From: Octopus bimaculoides
Taxonomy: Eukaryota
DNA: 44,464 nt
NCBI RefSeq assembly: GCF_001194135.2
Contig: NC_068990.1
Span: 86,117,121-86,161,584, forward strand
Reading direction: 5' to 3'
In this document: positions 1-11,930 of the stretch, piece after piece
How positions within the stretch are numbered: the first letter of the stretch is position 1
Layout: the number at the start of each line of letters is the position of its first letter
Position numbers and translations under genes: made by a program
Notes under the pieces: model-generated
The model's database searches: none
The model's input: only the letters and a program-made list of their open reading frames with translations
Told to the model about the DNA's origin: nothing

Positions 1-29
1 CTTAGTTCGTTCCAAGATACACCCAACAG

Positions 30-437
30 ATGTTCTGGAATGCAACATCAGACAAATTTCGTGGGGCAGGGAGTAGGGGAGTTTTGAGTATTTCAACATT
101 CGGCCTCATCAGCCAAGTTGACCCATGTGGGGGTCGATCAAGTCCCAGCTTACAGTTCAGGCGAAGCAAACCACCGCTCCACCCGTTTCACCCAAAGCCA
201 TCTAGTGGCCTCCCCCTACAGGTTCAGTGACAGAAATGTATGGCCCTGCTCTTTGCTGCACCAGTAACACCAAGCCCAGCCAGATTTTTGCAGAATGAAT
301 GCACCAGGAGACCCTGGCAGCCTGTTTTAATTGGTTCACAACGGGCCCACCAACCTTGGATTCTGCACTGCTATACCAGTTCCTGGTACATGGTGAACTT
401 CCTCTCATGAGTCTCCTCCTTTTCCACTTTCCAGGGG
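30..437 (-). mobile_element. 3' end of a decayed HERO-clade (R2-superfamily, RLE-type) non-LTR retrotransposon, with 3'UTR
   Basis: Minus-strand translation PWKVEKEETHERKFTMYQELV*QCRIQGWWARCEPIKTGCQG...LGVTGAAKSRAI, then after a frameshift EATRWLWVKRVERW. This matches the remembered HERO C-terminus (PWEERMEEAHERKRAKYQELV...CEPIEVGCRGF...AERATRWLWIKR). The UTR begins gatcgacccccacatgggtcaacttgg, similar to HERO 3'UTRs. In-frame stops and a frameshift are present. Confidence 0.75.
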
Positions 438-596
438 TGCGTACACACACACATACATGAAAACACATACGCACAGAGGAGTGAGTGTCTTATGAATTAT
501 TTAAGCCTACTGCACTGAAAGATACTTTACACAGAAACCTAGTCTTACATTCAAATGTATTAGGTATCATAACATGGTAAAAGGGTAGACCCAATT

Positions 597-907
597 CGGT
601 TATGAATAACCATGGGATTGCACCTAGAAAGTCCGGGCAAGGTTGTTTATGGAAGACCAGCAGTCGCCCATATATACCAGTCTCCTCTCTCCATGCCACC
701 GATGTTATCCAAGGGAAAGGCAAAGGGGCCGATACAGCTTGGCACCAGTGACATCGCAACTCACTTCTACAGCTGAATGAACTGGAACAACATGAAATAA
801 AGTGTCTGGCCCAAGAACATAACACGCAGCCCGGTCCGGGAATCAAACTCACTACTTCACGATTGTGAGCCCGACGCTCTAATCATTGAGCCACACACCA
901 TTCGCCT
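597..907 (-). mobile_element. tRNA-derived SINE, family F
   Basis: Reverse complement of the copy at 19237-19575. Degenerate Pol III A/B boxes at its 5' end. Confidence 0.8.
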
Positions 908-1090
908 TTGTAACATTGTACAACACAGTAAAACTAACCAATGTTTCGTTCACTAGCAGTTGTCCAGTCCATCAGTGAGAGAACGAGAGATACAGCATCT
1001 GTCACACTATCCAACTGTACATACACACAGTATCAGAATAAGCTTTTCACTGGGGAGCCAACAACACACCAATGAATTATTTACCATAAT

Positions 1091-1240
1091 CATCATCATC
1101 ATCATCATCGTTTAACGTCCGCTTTCCATGCTAGCATGGGTTGGACAATTTGACTGAGGACTGGTGAAACCGGATGGCAACACCAGGCTCCAATCTAAAT
1201 TTGGCAGAGTTTCTACAGCTGGATGCCCTTCCTAACGCCA
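1091..1240 (-). mobile_element. SINE/RTE-tail repeat, family B (GAT-repeat tail), young 5'-truncated copy
   Basis: catcatcatcgtttaacgtccgctttccatgctagcatggg...cctaacgcca is nearly identical to the copies at 18545-18700 and 44253-44464. Confidence 0.85.
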
Positions 1241-2522
1241 CGTGAATATCTGTGTGTTTTGGATTATTTGTGCCATCTCCTATGTAGATGTGTATGAGTG
1301 TGTACATTTACAAACCGGTGTCAGAATGTGTTGTAACCATTGTTATTGTAATCTCTACTTTTTCCATGCTTGTACGGGTTGGGCAGGATTCACTGAGGCA
1401 GATTTTCTACAGCTGGATGCATTCTTATTGCCAGCAAGGCAATATTTCTCTTTGGCCATATATGTTTTCATGGGAGACCAGAAACAAATGGCATTGCTTG
1501 CATGATGGCAACGTTCACTAACAACTATCACATGACGTCGAAACAAGGACACACACATATGCATAATGGCCTTCTTTCAGTTTGTGTCTACCAAATCTGT
1601 TTTGGGGCATTTTTTTTTGATCTAGGTCGACAGTAAAAAAAAACAAAAAAACTTGGCCAAAGTGCCATGCTGTAAGACTGAACCTGAATCTCTGAGGTTC
1701 AGAAGCAAACTTCTTAAACCACACAGCCATGAGTGTTACTATGCACGCACACATTCACGTTGAGTGTCACGGTTCCTATGTAGATGTATATTTTTTGCAT
1801 GTATGGACTCGGAAAGGCAGTAGACTGGTAGAACTGTTAGAGTCTCAGTTAGAATGCCTTGCAGTATTTCTTCTGGCACTCTGCGTTCCGGGTTCAAATC
1901 CTGCTAAAATCAATACAACCTTATATCCTTTTGGAAATGAAGTTTTCTTCTCTCTCAACAAGTACCAGGCTATGTTCAGTCTGAGGAGAGATAGAAAGAG
2001 GTTCTGCTACTTTGAAATGGGTTCCGACAACTCCATTGAGGGTTAAGGGACCAAGAAAAGAAGTATATATACTTGTGAGCATATGTATGCACACATATGA
2101 TTTTGTGTGTGTGCAGTTGTTTTTAACTCATGTATATAGGACACATGTACAAGCATATGCGTATATGAACATGTGCATGTGCATACGAACATATGCGTGT
2201 GTGTGTATATGAACATGTGCATTTAATGATGAAATATCTTTGTACACAAGCTGACGTCGTGCGTGGGTGTGTATGCATCCATATGTCTATCAATGAAGGT
2301 ATGTATATGAATCACATGTGTTAATGTGCGTATGATTTCCCACATGTCACACCACGCACATGTAAAGTTGTTGCACAACAAATGTGTGTGTGTGTGTGTT
2401 TCCATATTTAAGTCTTTGCAATGTTTGTGCCACACACAGGCACAAGTAGTGTATATAAACATATGTACTGACAGGAAGACAGATACACTCGTACATTATA
2501 TATGTATACGCACACACACACA

Positions 2523-2660
2523 CAGAGGGTGCGATGGGTAAATTGTCGCCATTTTGTATTTTTAATTTTGCGCATTGTTTTTGATTTTGTCGACTACACA
2601 GTATGGTAGGGTCAGTTGGGCACCGTCTGTGAGAAAAACAGCACCATGACTAATTGGTTT
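2523..2660 (+). mobile_element. Tc1/mariner-like element, left terminus fragment
   Basis: agagggtgcgatgggtaaattgtcgccattttg...gggtcagttgggcaccgtctgtgagaaaaacagcaccatgac resembles a common Octopus mariner 5' end (from memory). No right TIR was seen. Confidence 0.5.
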
Positions 2661-3518
2661 CCTAATAAGAAACGATTACTATTACCTATGTATGTATGTA
2701 TGTATAATTTAGGACAAACAGTAAGTTGTCATTATAGCACACAGAATTTCGAATGTCGGGGCGAAGGGCTACAATGCATTCTCGTCTTACCTGTTTGCAA
2801 ACAAAATAATATTTCCCACGACCTGTCGTGTTTTTCATTCATGGAAGATTAGAAATGAACAACATAGCTTGTATGATGGTGAAGCTCACCTACGACCATC
2901 ATCCAATGTCAAGAAAGGGAGACAGGCTTCACTGAGTTTCCATCTATCAAATCCATTCACAAGGATTTGGTTGGTCTGGGTTATAGTAAAAAAAAAACAA
3001 CAACCTTGCCTAAGGCGCCACGCAATGGAACTGAACCCAAGACCACATGGTTGGGAAGCAAGCTTCTTAACCACACAGCCATGGCTAGGCGCAGTTACAT
3101 GTTTTCTGATAAAAGAGAAACATGGGTGTTTGTAGAAATGGTCAGTGGTAAGAGAATGGGGTGGATAAAAACGAGACTTGAAGGAGAGGAATTGATGGCT
3201 GCACTGGAGAAGGGGAGACAGAACGTAGCATTGCAAGGAAAGATGCACATATGCACACGTACACGTGCACATATCATACACACCTATGTAGACATCCTGA
3301 TATCTCATAACAGTCAAATAATGCACTCATTAATGAAATAGGGCGTGGTTTGAGGGAGATTTTGCTCCTATTTCTTAAAATAAAATATACAAATTTCAAC
3401 ATCTGTGAGATGTTGAAAGATAATATATAATATATATATATATATAGGTGTTCATTTTCTAGTTTCTGAATACAAAACAGATATATTCATCCAGACAGTT
3501 TAAATTTGTATGTATGTG

Positions 3519-3573
<55 letters not shown>

Positions 3574-3799
3574 AAGGGAGAAAGATAACTGCTGTCTATT
3601 TTAATTTTATATATATATACACTCACAAATACACGTAGACTAATTTGTATACACACACACACATCAAATAAAGCCAAACTGTGGGTGAAATAAAAAAGCA
3701 AACAGATTCCTTTTATGCTTTTGATGTGCAGAAAATGAAGAGAGATGTGTGTATATATATCTTCGTGTATGTCTTAATTTATTAGTTTTGAGCATGTTT

Positions 3800-4925
3800 A
3801 ACAACAACTTCTGGTAAAGATGAGTAGACTCAATACTGAAAATAGAGTCAAATTCATTATAAATTTAATTTCAATAAAGACCTTAAGTTTTGCCTAACAG
3901 CACATTCGACCACACTTGTCACCCAGATTTTCTCTTAGTCACAGTATTCTTTGATGCTCCTTTTCTTCAAACCTTTCCTGAAATATATTTCAACTTTTAT
4001 GGCTCCAAATACATTACAAATCTTCCACCTTTTGTCTGTCTGGAACCTTCTACAGACCTGGTCTCTAAGCATCAGTAAATTCTATTTGTAGAAGCTTCCA
4101 CTTGATCTTTCTCTCCCTTCTTCTTATCACTCATGTTGAGAATCATTCTGAACATATATTTAAGAGAAATATATCTTAGTTTCTACACCTTCCTTCTTCA
4201 TAATGTTTTTTCTCTTTCTCTCTCTCAGTCTGGCTAGCTCTTAATCAAAAGTCACTAATGAGTTGCTTATGATGTATGATGGGTGGGTGGTACACTCTTC
4301 AATGTGGGGGAGAAGACTTATTATTTTACAACCATTAGACTATCCAGATTTCTCATGGGAATGAAGTCTATCTGGCTTGCATGTTTGCCTCATTGAAAGG
4401 TAATTAAGTGGTTGGTTGGTTTCCTAAAGTTTGTTAGTTCATTTGCATCAGAGAGCACCTGAAGCTTTGATCTCCCCATTCCTAGAGCCATAACCATAGC
4501 CACCAGAGAAGCCATCATATGATGCCCAGAAAGTCCATTATTATTCAAGATAATGATGTCATTGTTACTTATAATTGAAGTCATTTGCAAAAATAGGACT
4601 GACTGTTGAGCATAAGTAGAGAAAATAGTCACTGTTGATTTACTTACAACAAATCTAAACTTAATCATTCTGTTTCATATTCAAGGTTATTCTCATTAAG
4701 TTATCTATTGATTTCTCTACCTGTTCCATTTAAACAAGCATTGTTACCTTACCCAGCAGAATTCATACTTGTGTTCTTTGCCTGTTAAAGCTCTGGTTGA
4801 AGTTCTCCTCTATCTTGTCTCAAGAATGCAGCACACGTGTTCTTGCTTTCATTCCAACATCTCTACAATCTCAACATCTCAGTACATCTACCTATCACTG
4901 ATAGTTAGTTATACCCTATTTACGC
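3800..4925 (-). mobile_element. Decayed RTE-clade LINE: APE endonuclease plus start of reverse transcriptase
   Basis: Minus-strand remnants: EIVEMLE*KQEHVCCI.ETR (EN N-terminus), GYGYGSRNGE, DANELTNFRKPTNHLITFQ*GKHASQIDF (EN C-terminal NTFFKK..HLITY.SG..SQIDY motif), EECT..H.QLISDF, and IYFRKG..KEYCD*EKIWVTSVV (RT domain 1). Many stops and frameshifts. Confidence 0.8.
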
Positions 4926-5240
4926 CAAGTCTTATTCAGTGAGCTCACTTCAGGCAAAAGACCATGGGATTGCCCTCTTCTCTTTGAAGATACTGAAAGC
5001 CATTGGACCCGAGCCTAAACTGTTTGAGCCACAAGCCTGAGACTGTACCAAGTGGCAGTGTTCCATCATAATCGGAACCAAAAACTTCAAAGCCAACAGA
5101 AGAGACAGGAGAGAAAGGCTCCACAAAATTACCCCCGTCCTCCACCAACATTGCAATGCAGCCAATGCCCTCATCTCTTCTGTGCAAGAATTGGTCGAAA
5201 GAGACATCAATGGCATTACTATAAAGGAAGCGTTCAGCAA
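4925..5240 (+). mobile_element. 3' end of an RTE/BovB-like LINE with C-terminal zinc finger
   Basis: QVLFSELTSGKRPWDCPLL...KWQCSIIIGTKNFKANR, then QKRQERKAPQNYPRPPPTLQCSQCPHLFCARIGRKRHQ. This matches the RTE C-terminal L.YGEL..GKR..GRP...C..C...F.ARIGL.SH motif. Confidence 0.75.
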
Positions 5241-5619
5241 AGAAGAATCTAAACACTTGGATACAAGATAAATCCGCTGCTGCCGACCATGCCAGTCATT
5301 TGGTTACAATATCTCCATGAATTACCCAGTGCTTTTGTTATCTAATGACTTTATCAGATGGACCTGCTGTTTCTCGTGTCTTCATAACCTTAATAGCCTG
5401 TGTAACACTACAGAATATCTCTTGACAAAATTTCATTCACAAGGCATTGGTCAACTGAAGGCTGTAGTAGAAGACGCTTAACCAAAGTGCTGCCTTGTAG
5501 TAGGATTGGATACAGAACTGTGAGATGGCGAAATGAACTTCCAAACAGACAGACATGCTAATACACACACACACACACGCACTAATATGCATGTCTGTAT
5601 ATATGAATACACATGCACA

Positions 5620-6000
5620 GACGTGGGAGTGGCTGTGTGGTAAGTAGCTTGCTTACCAACCACATGGTTCCGAGTTCATTCCCACTGCGTGGCACCTTGG
5701 GCAAATGTCTTCTACTATAGCCTCGGGCCGACCAAAGCCTTGTGAGTGGATTTGGTAGATGGAAACTGAAAGAAGCCCATCGTGTATATATATATATACA
5801 TATATATATCCCCCCAACATCACTTGACAACCGATGCTGGTGTGTTTACGTCTCCGTGACTTAGCGTTTCGGCAAAAGAGACTGATAGAATAAGTACTAG
5901 GCTTACAAAGAATAAGTCCTGGGGTCAATTTGCTCGACTAAAGGCGGTGCTCCAGCATGGTCGCAGTCAAATGACTGAAACAAGTAAAAGAGTAAAAGAG
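5620..6000 (+). mobile_element. tRNA-derived SINE, family A (~390 bp, GTAAAAGA tail), full length
   Basis: A box TGGCTGTGTGG and B box GGTTCCGAGTTCATTCCC. Many copies occur in the window. Confidence 0.9.
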
Positions 6001-7114
6001 AGAGATGCATGTATGTGTTTGTATGTGTAAATACAAAAGTTCTTGAATCAAAAATCTAGAGGACCAGCAATCCAAAATGAATTCTGTAGAAGTAAAGGAG
6101 AACTGTAGAGCAAATAATTACATTTGCTAAAACATTAAATCTCTAAAATATGTGTGTGTATGCATGTATACACGTACTTGCATGAGTATAAATATACACA
6201 CACCACACGTGTGTATGTATGCACACACACACACACACACACACCCCTATGCATACACACACATGTACGTTCACACACATCACTAAGTTGCACCAAGTTA
6301 ATAATATTTGTCATTCAATGTTAGGGTGGAGTCGTGTTAAGAGACGAAATATGAAGCGAAAACCATCTGGAATTTATTAGGGAAGAATGGAAAACAGGTC
6401 CAGTCAGCAATTTGCGAGATGCTGCACTCTTTGGTGATCAGCAGCAAACGGCTGCAGTAGAAGGATGAATATGAGATAGATTCCATATTGTGGCTGTTGT
6501 TTAGCCCCTGGTCAGCAGAACCATATGGAAACATGTTCCACCCATGACCATCTTGTAATTTTGTACATTTGAAACTAAGTTGTCTCATGTCTGTTTTGTT
6601 TTTCTTTTGTTTTTGTTGTTAATTAGTAGAATGTCATTTGAGAAGGAATCTGTCACTATTTCTAGGAGGTTGAATAATCATGTAAAAAAAACCCTCCTTG
6701 TTGATATAAATGTATCTACAACTATATTATTCAATGTGTCCTTCCTTTTTTCTTTCAAGGCAGTATGATAAGATTTAAAGGAGATATAGCTGCATTTTAC
6801 ACCTCTTATAACAGCCTAAGAGGTTATATGACCTGCTAGAAACAGCAGCTCAGCTGCTCTTCAATCACATCCTACTGACCAAAAGAACAAAGACATACTG
6901 AATAATATCTGGCTATCCAGTCAGAGGCCTGATAAACAACAAGATATATATATGTCAGTATCTGTGTAATGGATGAGCTATTAGTATAACTATTCTAAGA
7001 CACATTCTTCACCTGAATGGGTTAAAAATTACACAGGCCACAAATGTTCATCACCTTGTTTAATGCTTGCTTCTTCATAAAGTATTTTCTTGTAATCTTG
7101 GATTACAATATAAT

Positions 7115-7530
7115 CTTTTCTACTCTAGGCAGAAGGTCCGAAATTTTGGGGGAGGGGGGAGGGGGTGCAGGCGATTAGATCGACCCCAGTATGCAACTGG
7201 TACTTAATTTATCGACCCTGAAAGGATGAAAGGCAAAGTCGACCTCGGCGGGATTTGAACTCAGAACATAAAGACAGATGAAATACTGCTAAGCATTTCG
7301 CCAGGCCGCCTAAAATTATCAATTATATTCTTTTTTTACTCTAGGCATAAGGCCCGAAATATTTTGGGGAAAGGGCCAGTCGATTAGATCGACCCCAGTA
7401 CACAACTGGTATTTAATTTATCAACCCCGAAAGGATGAAAGGCAAAGTCAACCATGGTGGAATTTGAACTCAGAAATACCGCTAAGCATTTCGCTTGGTG
7501 TGCTAACATTTCTGCTAGCTCACCGCCTTT
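7115..7530 (-). mobile_element. Two adjacent tRNA-derived SINEs, family C
   Basis: Two copies of ctactctaggc...atcgaccc..aaaggatgaaaggcaaagtcgacc...gctaagcatttcgc, the reverse complement of 18735-18955. The central GCCTTTCATCCTTTCGGGGTCGATAAA block resembles the conserved central domain of Meta-type SINEs (from memory). Confidence 0.85.
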
Positions 7531-8274
7531 CTTGGATAACAATAATGATGTAACACTGGTATGAAGTACAAATGCTTAGTATACTTAATCTTATAGTAAA
7601 CTCTGTCATCATTCTGTTAGTTCTTTCACAGATAAAAACCTGTTGGTAACACTGTACAGCATAAAGTTATTAATTTAACTGTTTAAAAAGTAAACTCTAT
7701 TCACAAACAACGTGTTAATCCTTTCGGTGCCGAGCTGATGGTAGTACACTGCAATGGCTGCTACTTAACAGAACTAGTCTCACAGTAAACCCCGATATTG
7801 TATTAGCCCTTTCAAAGTTCATTGTTGGTAATACTGTATAATAACAATAAACATTATTATTATTATCATTACCAATGGTCAATGAAAGCTGGAAACAGGA
7901 AACAGATAACTGTGTTGGGAAAAGGATTATAAGAGGGTTTAAACGAGTGGGTGTTTGTGTGAGCTAATTAGTACTTAAACGAATGCGAAGATTTGTGGGC
8001 GGAAAGGGTTCTACAGAATTGAATTCTCAACATATTGAGATGACTAGGGATGAAGCAATGGAGATTGGTAAATTCTTTTAGTCATAAGATAAAATTAGAT
8101 TAAAAAGACAAGAAACAAAACTGAAAATTAGAGTTTTAAGAACAAAATATTCGGATCTGGCTTTAGACTGTCAAACAATGTGAAATATAAATCAGAATAC
8201 AGTTCAATGTCGCAATTCACTTCTGCATACAAATGCATGAATGCACATGCACATGTGCACACACACACATGTAG

Positions 8275-8660
8275 ATATCTTTTACTGGCTTCATTCATTG
8301 AACTGTAGCCATGCTGGAGCACTGCTTTGAAGTGTTTGTTTAGTCGAACAAATCAAGCCCAGTACTAGACTTATTTTTAAGTCTAGTACTTAATCAGTCT
8401 TCTTTGCTGAGCCGCTAAGTTATGGGGTGGGGTAAACAAACCAAAACCATTTGTCAGACGGTAGTGTGGTAGGTGGGGGCGGGGAACTGAAACACATGAC
8501 AGGCTTCCACACAGTATCCATCAACCAAATTCACTCACAAGGCATTGGTCAGTCTGGGACTATATTGGAACACACTTGTCCAAGCAGTTCTGCAGTGGGA
8601 TTAAAACCAAAACTGCATGGTTACAAAGTGAATTTCTTAACCCTCTTGGGCCCGGCTGCT
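8275..8660 (-). mobile_element. SINE family A, diverged copy
   Basis: gccatgctggagcactgc...ccaaattcactcacaaggcattggtc...cacttgtccaag. Confidence 0.75.
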
Positions 8661-9156
8661 ACATATTTGCACCAGTCAAAAATTCTACAACCTATGTGAT
8701 GCAGTATAGCACTGCTGTAGTTTTTCTGGTTAAGTGTGCAGCACCAGACGTATGATCAGAGTGTATGGCACTCTTAGGAGCACTCCGTCGGTCCCAGCTG
8801 GGTGTCACTTTGATAGCATGCACTGCTCTCTCACTCAATAATAATAATAATAATAATAACAATAATAATAATAATGATAGAAAAATTTGTATACAGAAGA
8901 ACACTTTGTAATGGAGTACAAAATGTATTTAGAGAATGATTTTACTTTGAAAAAGATTCATAAATAACTAAATAATATGCAATGATATATCCTATACATT
9001 AGTATAAATGTTACAGTGTTGCATAGATATTGTTAAAGAGAATGAAATTTACATATAATTGAATAATAAAACATTTCAGTGTATACATTTCCATCAGTAA
9101 CGATGACACATGATTTAACTGGTTTGTATGTACATCACATGTGTTTACACAAACTC

Positions 9157-9187
<31 letters not shown>

Positions 9188-9375
9188 GTAATAGATATAA
9201 TTAAACTTATATTGTAGCTAAACGAGTATAAATATTTGGACATCAATGAAATGTTTTAAAACGGCTTTCGAGCTAGCCTCGTCAACAGGGTATATGTTTA
9301 AGTGAAATGCATATATAGATAAAAATATTTTTTTTTAAATGTTAACCTTACACAATAACAGTACATAAAGGGCAT

Positions 9376-9540
9376 TTAAGTACAAATAAATACTGAGTTC
9401 ATGTAAATATATGTATAAATGAGTAAAATAATATATAAAGTGTGGCTAAAGTGCTTAGGATTTAGTGCTGTGTGATAGGAAGATTGCCGATGAGTGAAAT
9501 TAATAGGTTTAAATATTTGAGGGTTCTCTATGTCCAATGT
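9376..9540 (-). CDS. Candidate terminal exon encoding a hydrophobic, GPI-signal-like C-terminus
   Basis: Acceptor tgatgtcattttgcag, then 54 open codons in AT-rich DNA: TLDIENPQIFKPINFTHRQSSYHTALNPKHFSHTLYIILLIYTYIYMNSVFICT*. No homology recognised. Confidence 0.35.
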   Translation of the reverse strand, partial: TLDIENPQIFKPINFTHRQSSYHTALNPKHFSHTLYIILLIYTYIYMNSVFICT

Positions 9541-10431
9541 CTGCAAAATGACATCAAATCAAGATGCTTTTTTGCTTTGAAAATAGGATTTTATAAAATT
9601 CTGTCGTACAGCACCGCCATGTTTTTGTTATACTGGTNNNNNNNNNNNNNNNNNNNNNNNNNNNNNNNNNNNNNNNNNNNNNNNNNNNNNNNNNNNNNNN
9701 NNNNNNNNNNNNNNNNNNNNNNNNNNNNNNNNNNNNNNNNNNNNNNNNNNNNNNNNNNNNNNNNNNNNNNNNNNNNNNNNNNNNNNNNNNNNNNNNNNNN
9801 NNNNNNNNNNNNNNNNNNNNNNNNNNNNNNNNNNNNNNNNNNNNNNNNNNNNNNNNNNNNNNNNNNNNNNNNNNNNNNNNNNNNNNNNNNNNNNNNNNNN
9901 NNNNNNNNNNNNNNNNNNNNNNNNNNNNNNNNNNNNNNNNNNNNNNNNNNNNNNNNNNNNNNNNNNNNNNNNNNNNNNNNNNNNNNNNNNNNNNNNNNNN
10001 NNNNNNNNNNNNNNNNNNNNNNNNNNNNNNNNNNNNNNNNNNNNNNNNNNNNNNNNNNNNNNNNNNNNNNNNNNNNNNNNNNNNNNNNNNNNNNNNNNNN
10101 NNNNNNNNNNNNNNNNNNNNNNNNNNNNNNNNNNNNNNNNNNNNNNNNNNNNNNNNNNNNNNNNNNNNNNNNNNNNNNNNNNNNNNNNNNNNNNNNNNNN
10201 NNNNNNNNNNNNNNNNNNNNNNNNNNNNNNNNNNNNNNNNNNNNNNNNNNNNNNNNNNNNNNNNNNNNNNNNNNNNNNNNNNNNNNNNNNNNNNNNNNNN
10301 NNNNNNNNNNNNNNNNNNNNNNNNNNNNNNNNNNNNNNNCAATACAGCATTAACACAAGACAAGACATCATCCTAATAACAATGAGTATTGTAGCTTAAT
10401 CATATATACGCACACACACATCTATACATAT

Positions 10432-10494
<63 letters not shown>

Positions 10495-11529
10495 TATATA
10501 TATATACACATACATATATATATGTGCACACACACACATTTTTATTCTTTTATTTGTTTCAGTCATTTGACTGTGGCCATGCTGGAGCACCGCTTCTAGT
10601 TGAACAAATTGACCCAGGACTATGTGTGTATACATCAGAGCACTGTCCAATGTCCATTATAAATATTACAGGTTATTTATATTTGTTGTGCAGCCTCTGA
10701 AGATTTCATAATGTAATCCGCTTATAAGGTTTTCCGTTATATAACATATATTATCAATGAAATACCAAAGTGGCAAACGGCTTATTGTCTGTCTTTATGT
10801 TCTGAGTGTAAATGCTGCATTTCATCTTTCTGGGGTCAATGAAATAAGTACCAGTTGAGTACTGGGGTCAAAGTAGTTGCCTATCCTTTTCCCTACTAGA
10901 ATTCCAGGCCTAGTGCCTTATAATAAAAAGAATTGTTAATGAAATACATGTAAGATGACAAAACTAATTTATGAACAAACTCCTGTTTTGTTTTATATAT
11001 ACATATATATTCACACACAGACACCCACACAGTATATTCGACAGTCATCTCGCTATTTGGGGGTTTAACCCCACAGGGAAAAGTGGTTCTATATTGTAAA
11101 TAGACTGCTTATGTTTTAATACGGATGTGATCATCGTTGCACAGAGTAAATTGGTTGTATAATGAGAGTAAGATCACCTCGTCTTATCATCTGCAATTTT
11201 TTTTTTATGATGATGACTTCTTGTATTTTTGTACATGAAAATAATTTTTACAATTTTTAATGATTTATTTTCTTTACAAAACTTGAAAAATAAATTGCAA
11301 CAACAAATAAATAATGATATAGTTAATCTATTTTGCAGTCATTCAATAATATACTAATTGCATATGTGTTTCAATCTCACAGGTCTTGTCAGTGCAATTT
11401 TGAATTTGAAACTTGCATAAGAATTATATTTATAATATAGTTACAAAATCACACACACACACACACATGGGATACAACTTTTTTTTCAAAGATGTTATTT
11501 TGAAGACATGATTATGTGGGATGTTAATT

Positions 11530-11930
11530 GCTTTTACTCTTTTACTTGTTTCAGTCATTTGACTGCAGCCATGCTGGAGCACCGCTTTTAGTCGAGCAAA
11601 TCGACCCCAGGACTTATTCTTTGTAAGCCTAGTACTTATTCTATCGGTCACTTTTTGCTGAACTGCGAGGTTACGGGGACGTAAACACACCAGCATCGGT
11701 TGTCAAGCGATGTTGGGGGGGACAAACACAGACACACACACATATATATATATACATATACATATATACGACGGTCTTCTTTCAGTTTCCGTCTACCAAA
11801 TCCACTGACAAGGCTTTGGTCAGCCCGAGGCTATAGTAGAAGACACTTGCCCAAAGTGCCATGCAGTGGGACTGAACCTGGAACCATGTGGTTGGTAAGC
11901 AAGCTACTTACCACACAGCCACTCCTGCAC
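11530..11930 (-). mobile_element. SINE family A, full length
   Basis: Near-perfect reverse complement of 5620-6000. Confidence 0.9.

Noticed and set aside
88-113. CTGATGAG...GAAA on the minus strand in the HERO 3'UTR as a hammerhead
   Set aside because: The intervening GCCGAATGTT cannot form a G-C-closed stem II, and no stem III/NUH is present.
1152-1172. CTGAGGA-CTGGT-GAAAC inside family B copies as a hammerhead core
   Set aside because: There is no stem II pairing, GAAA is not conserved among copies (cgaag, tgaac, tgaag), and it lies antisense to the element.
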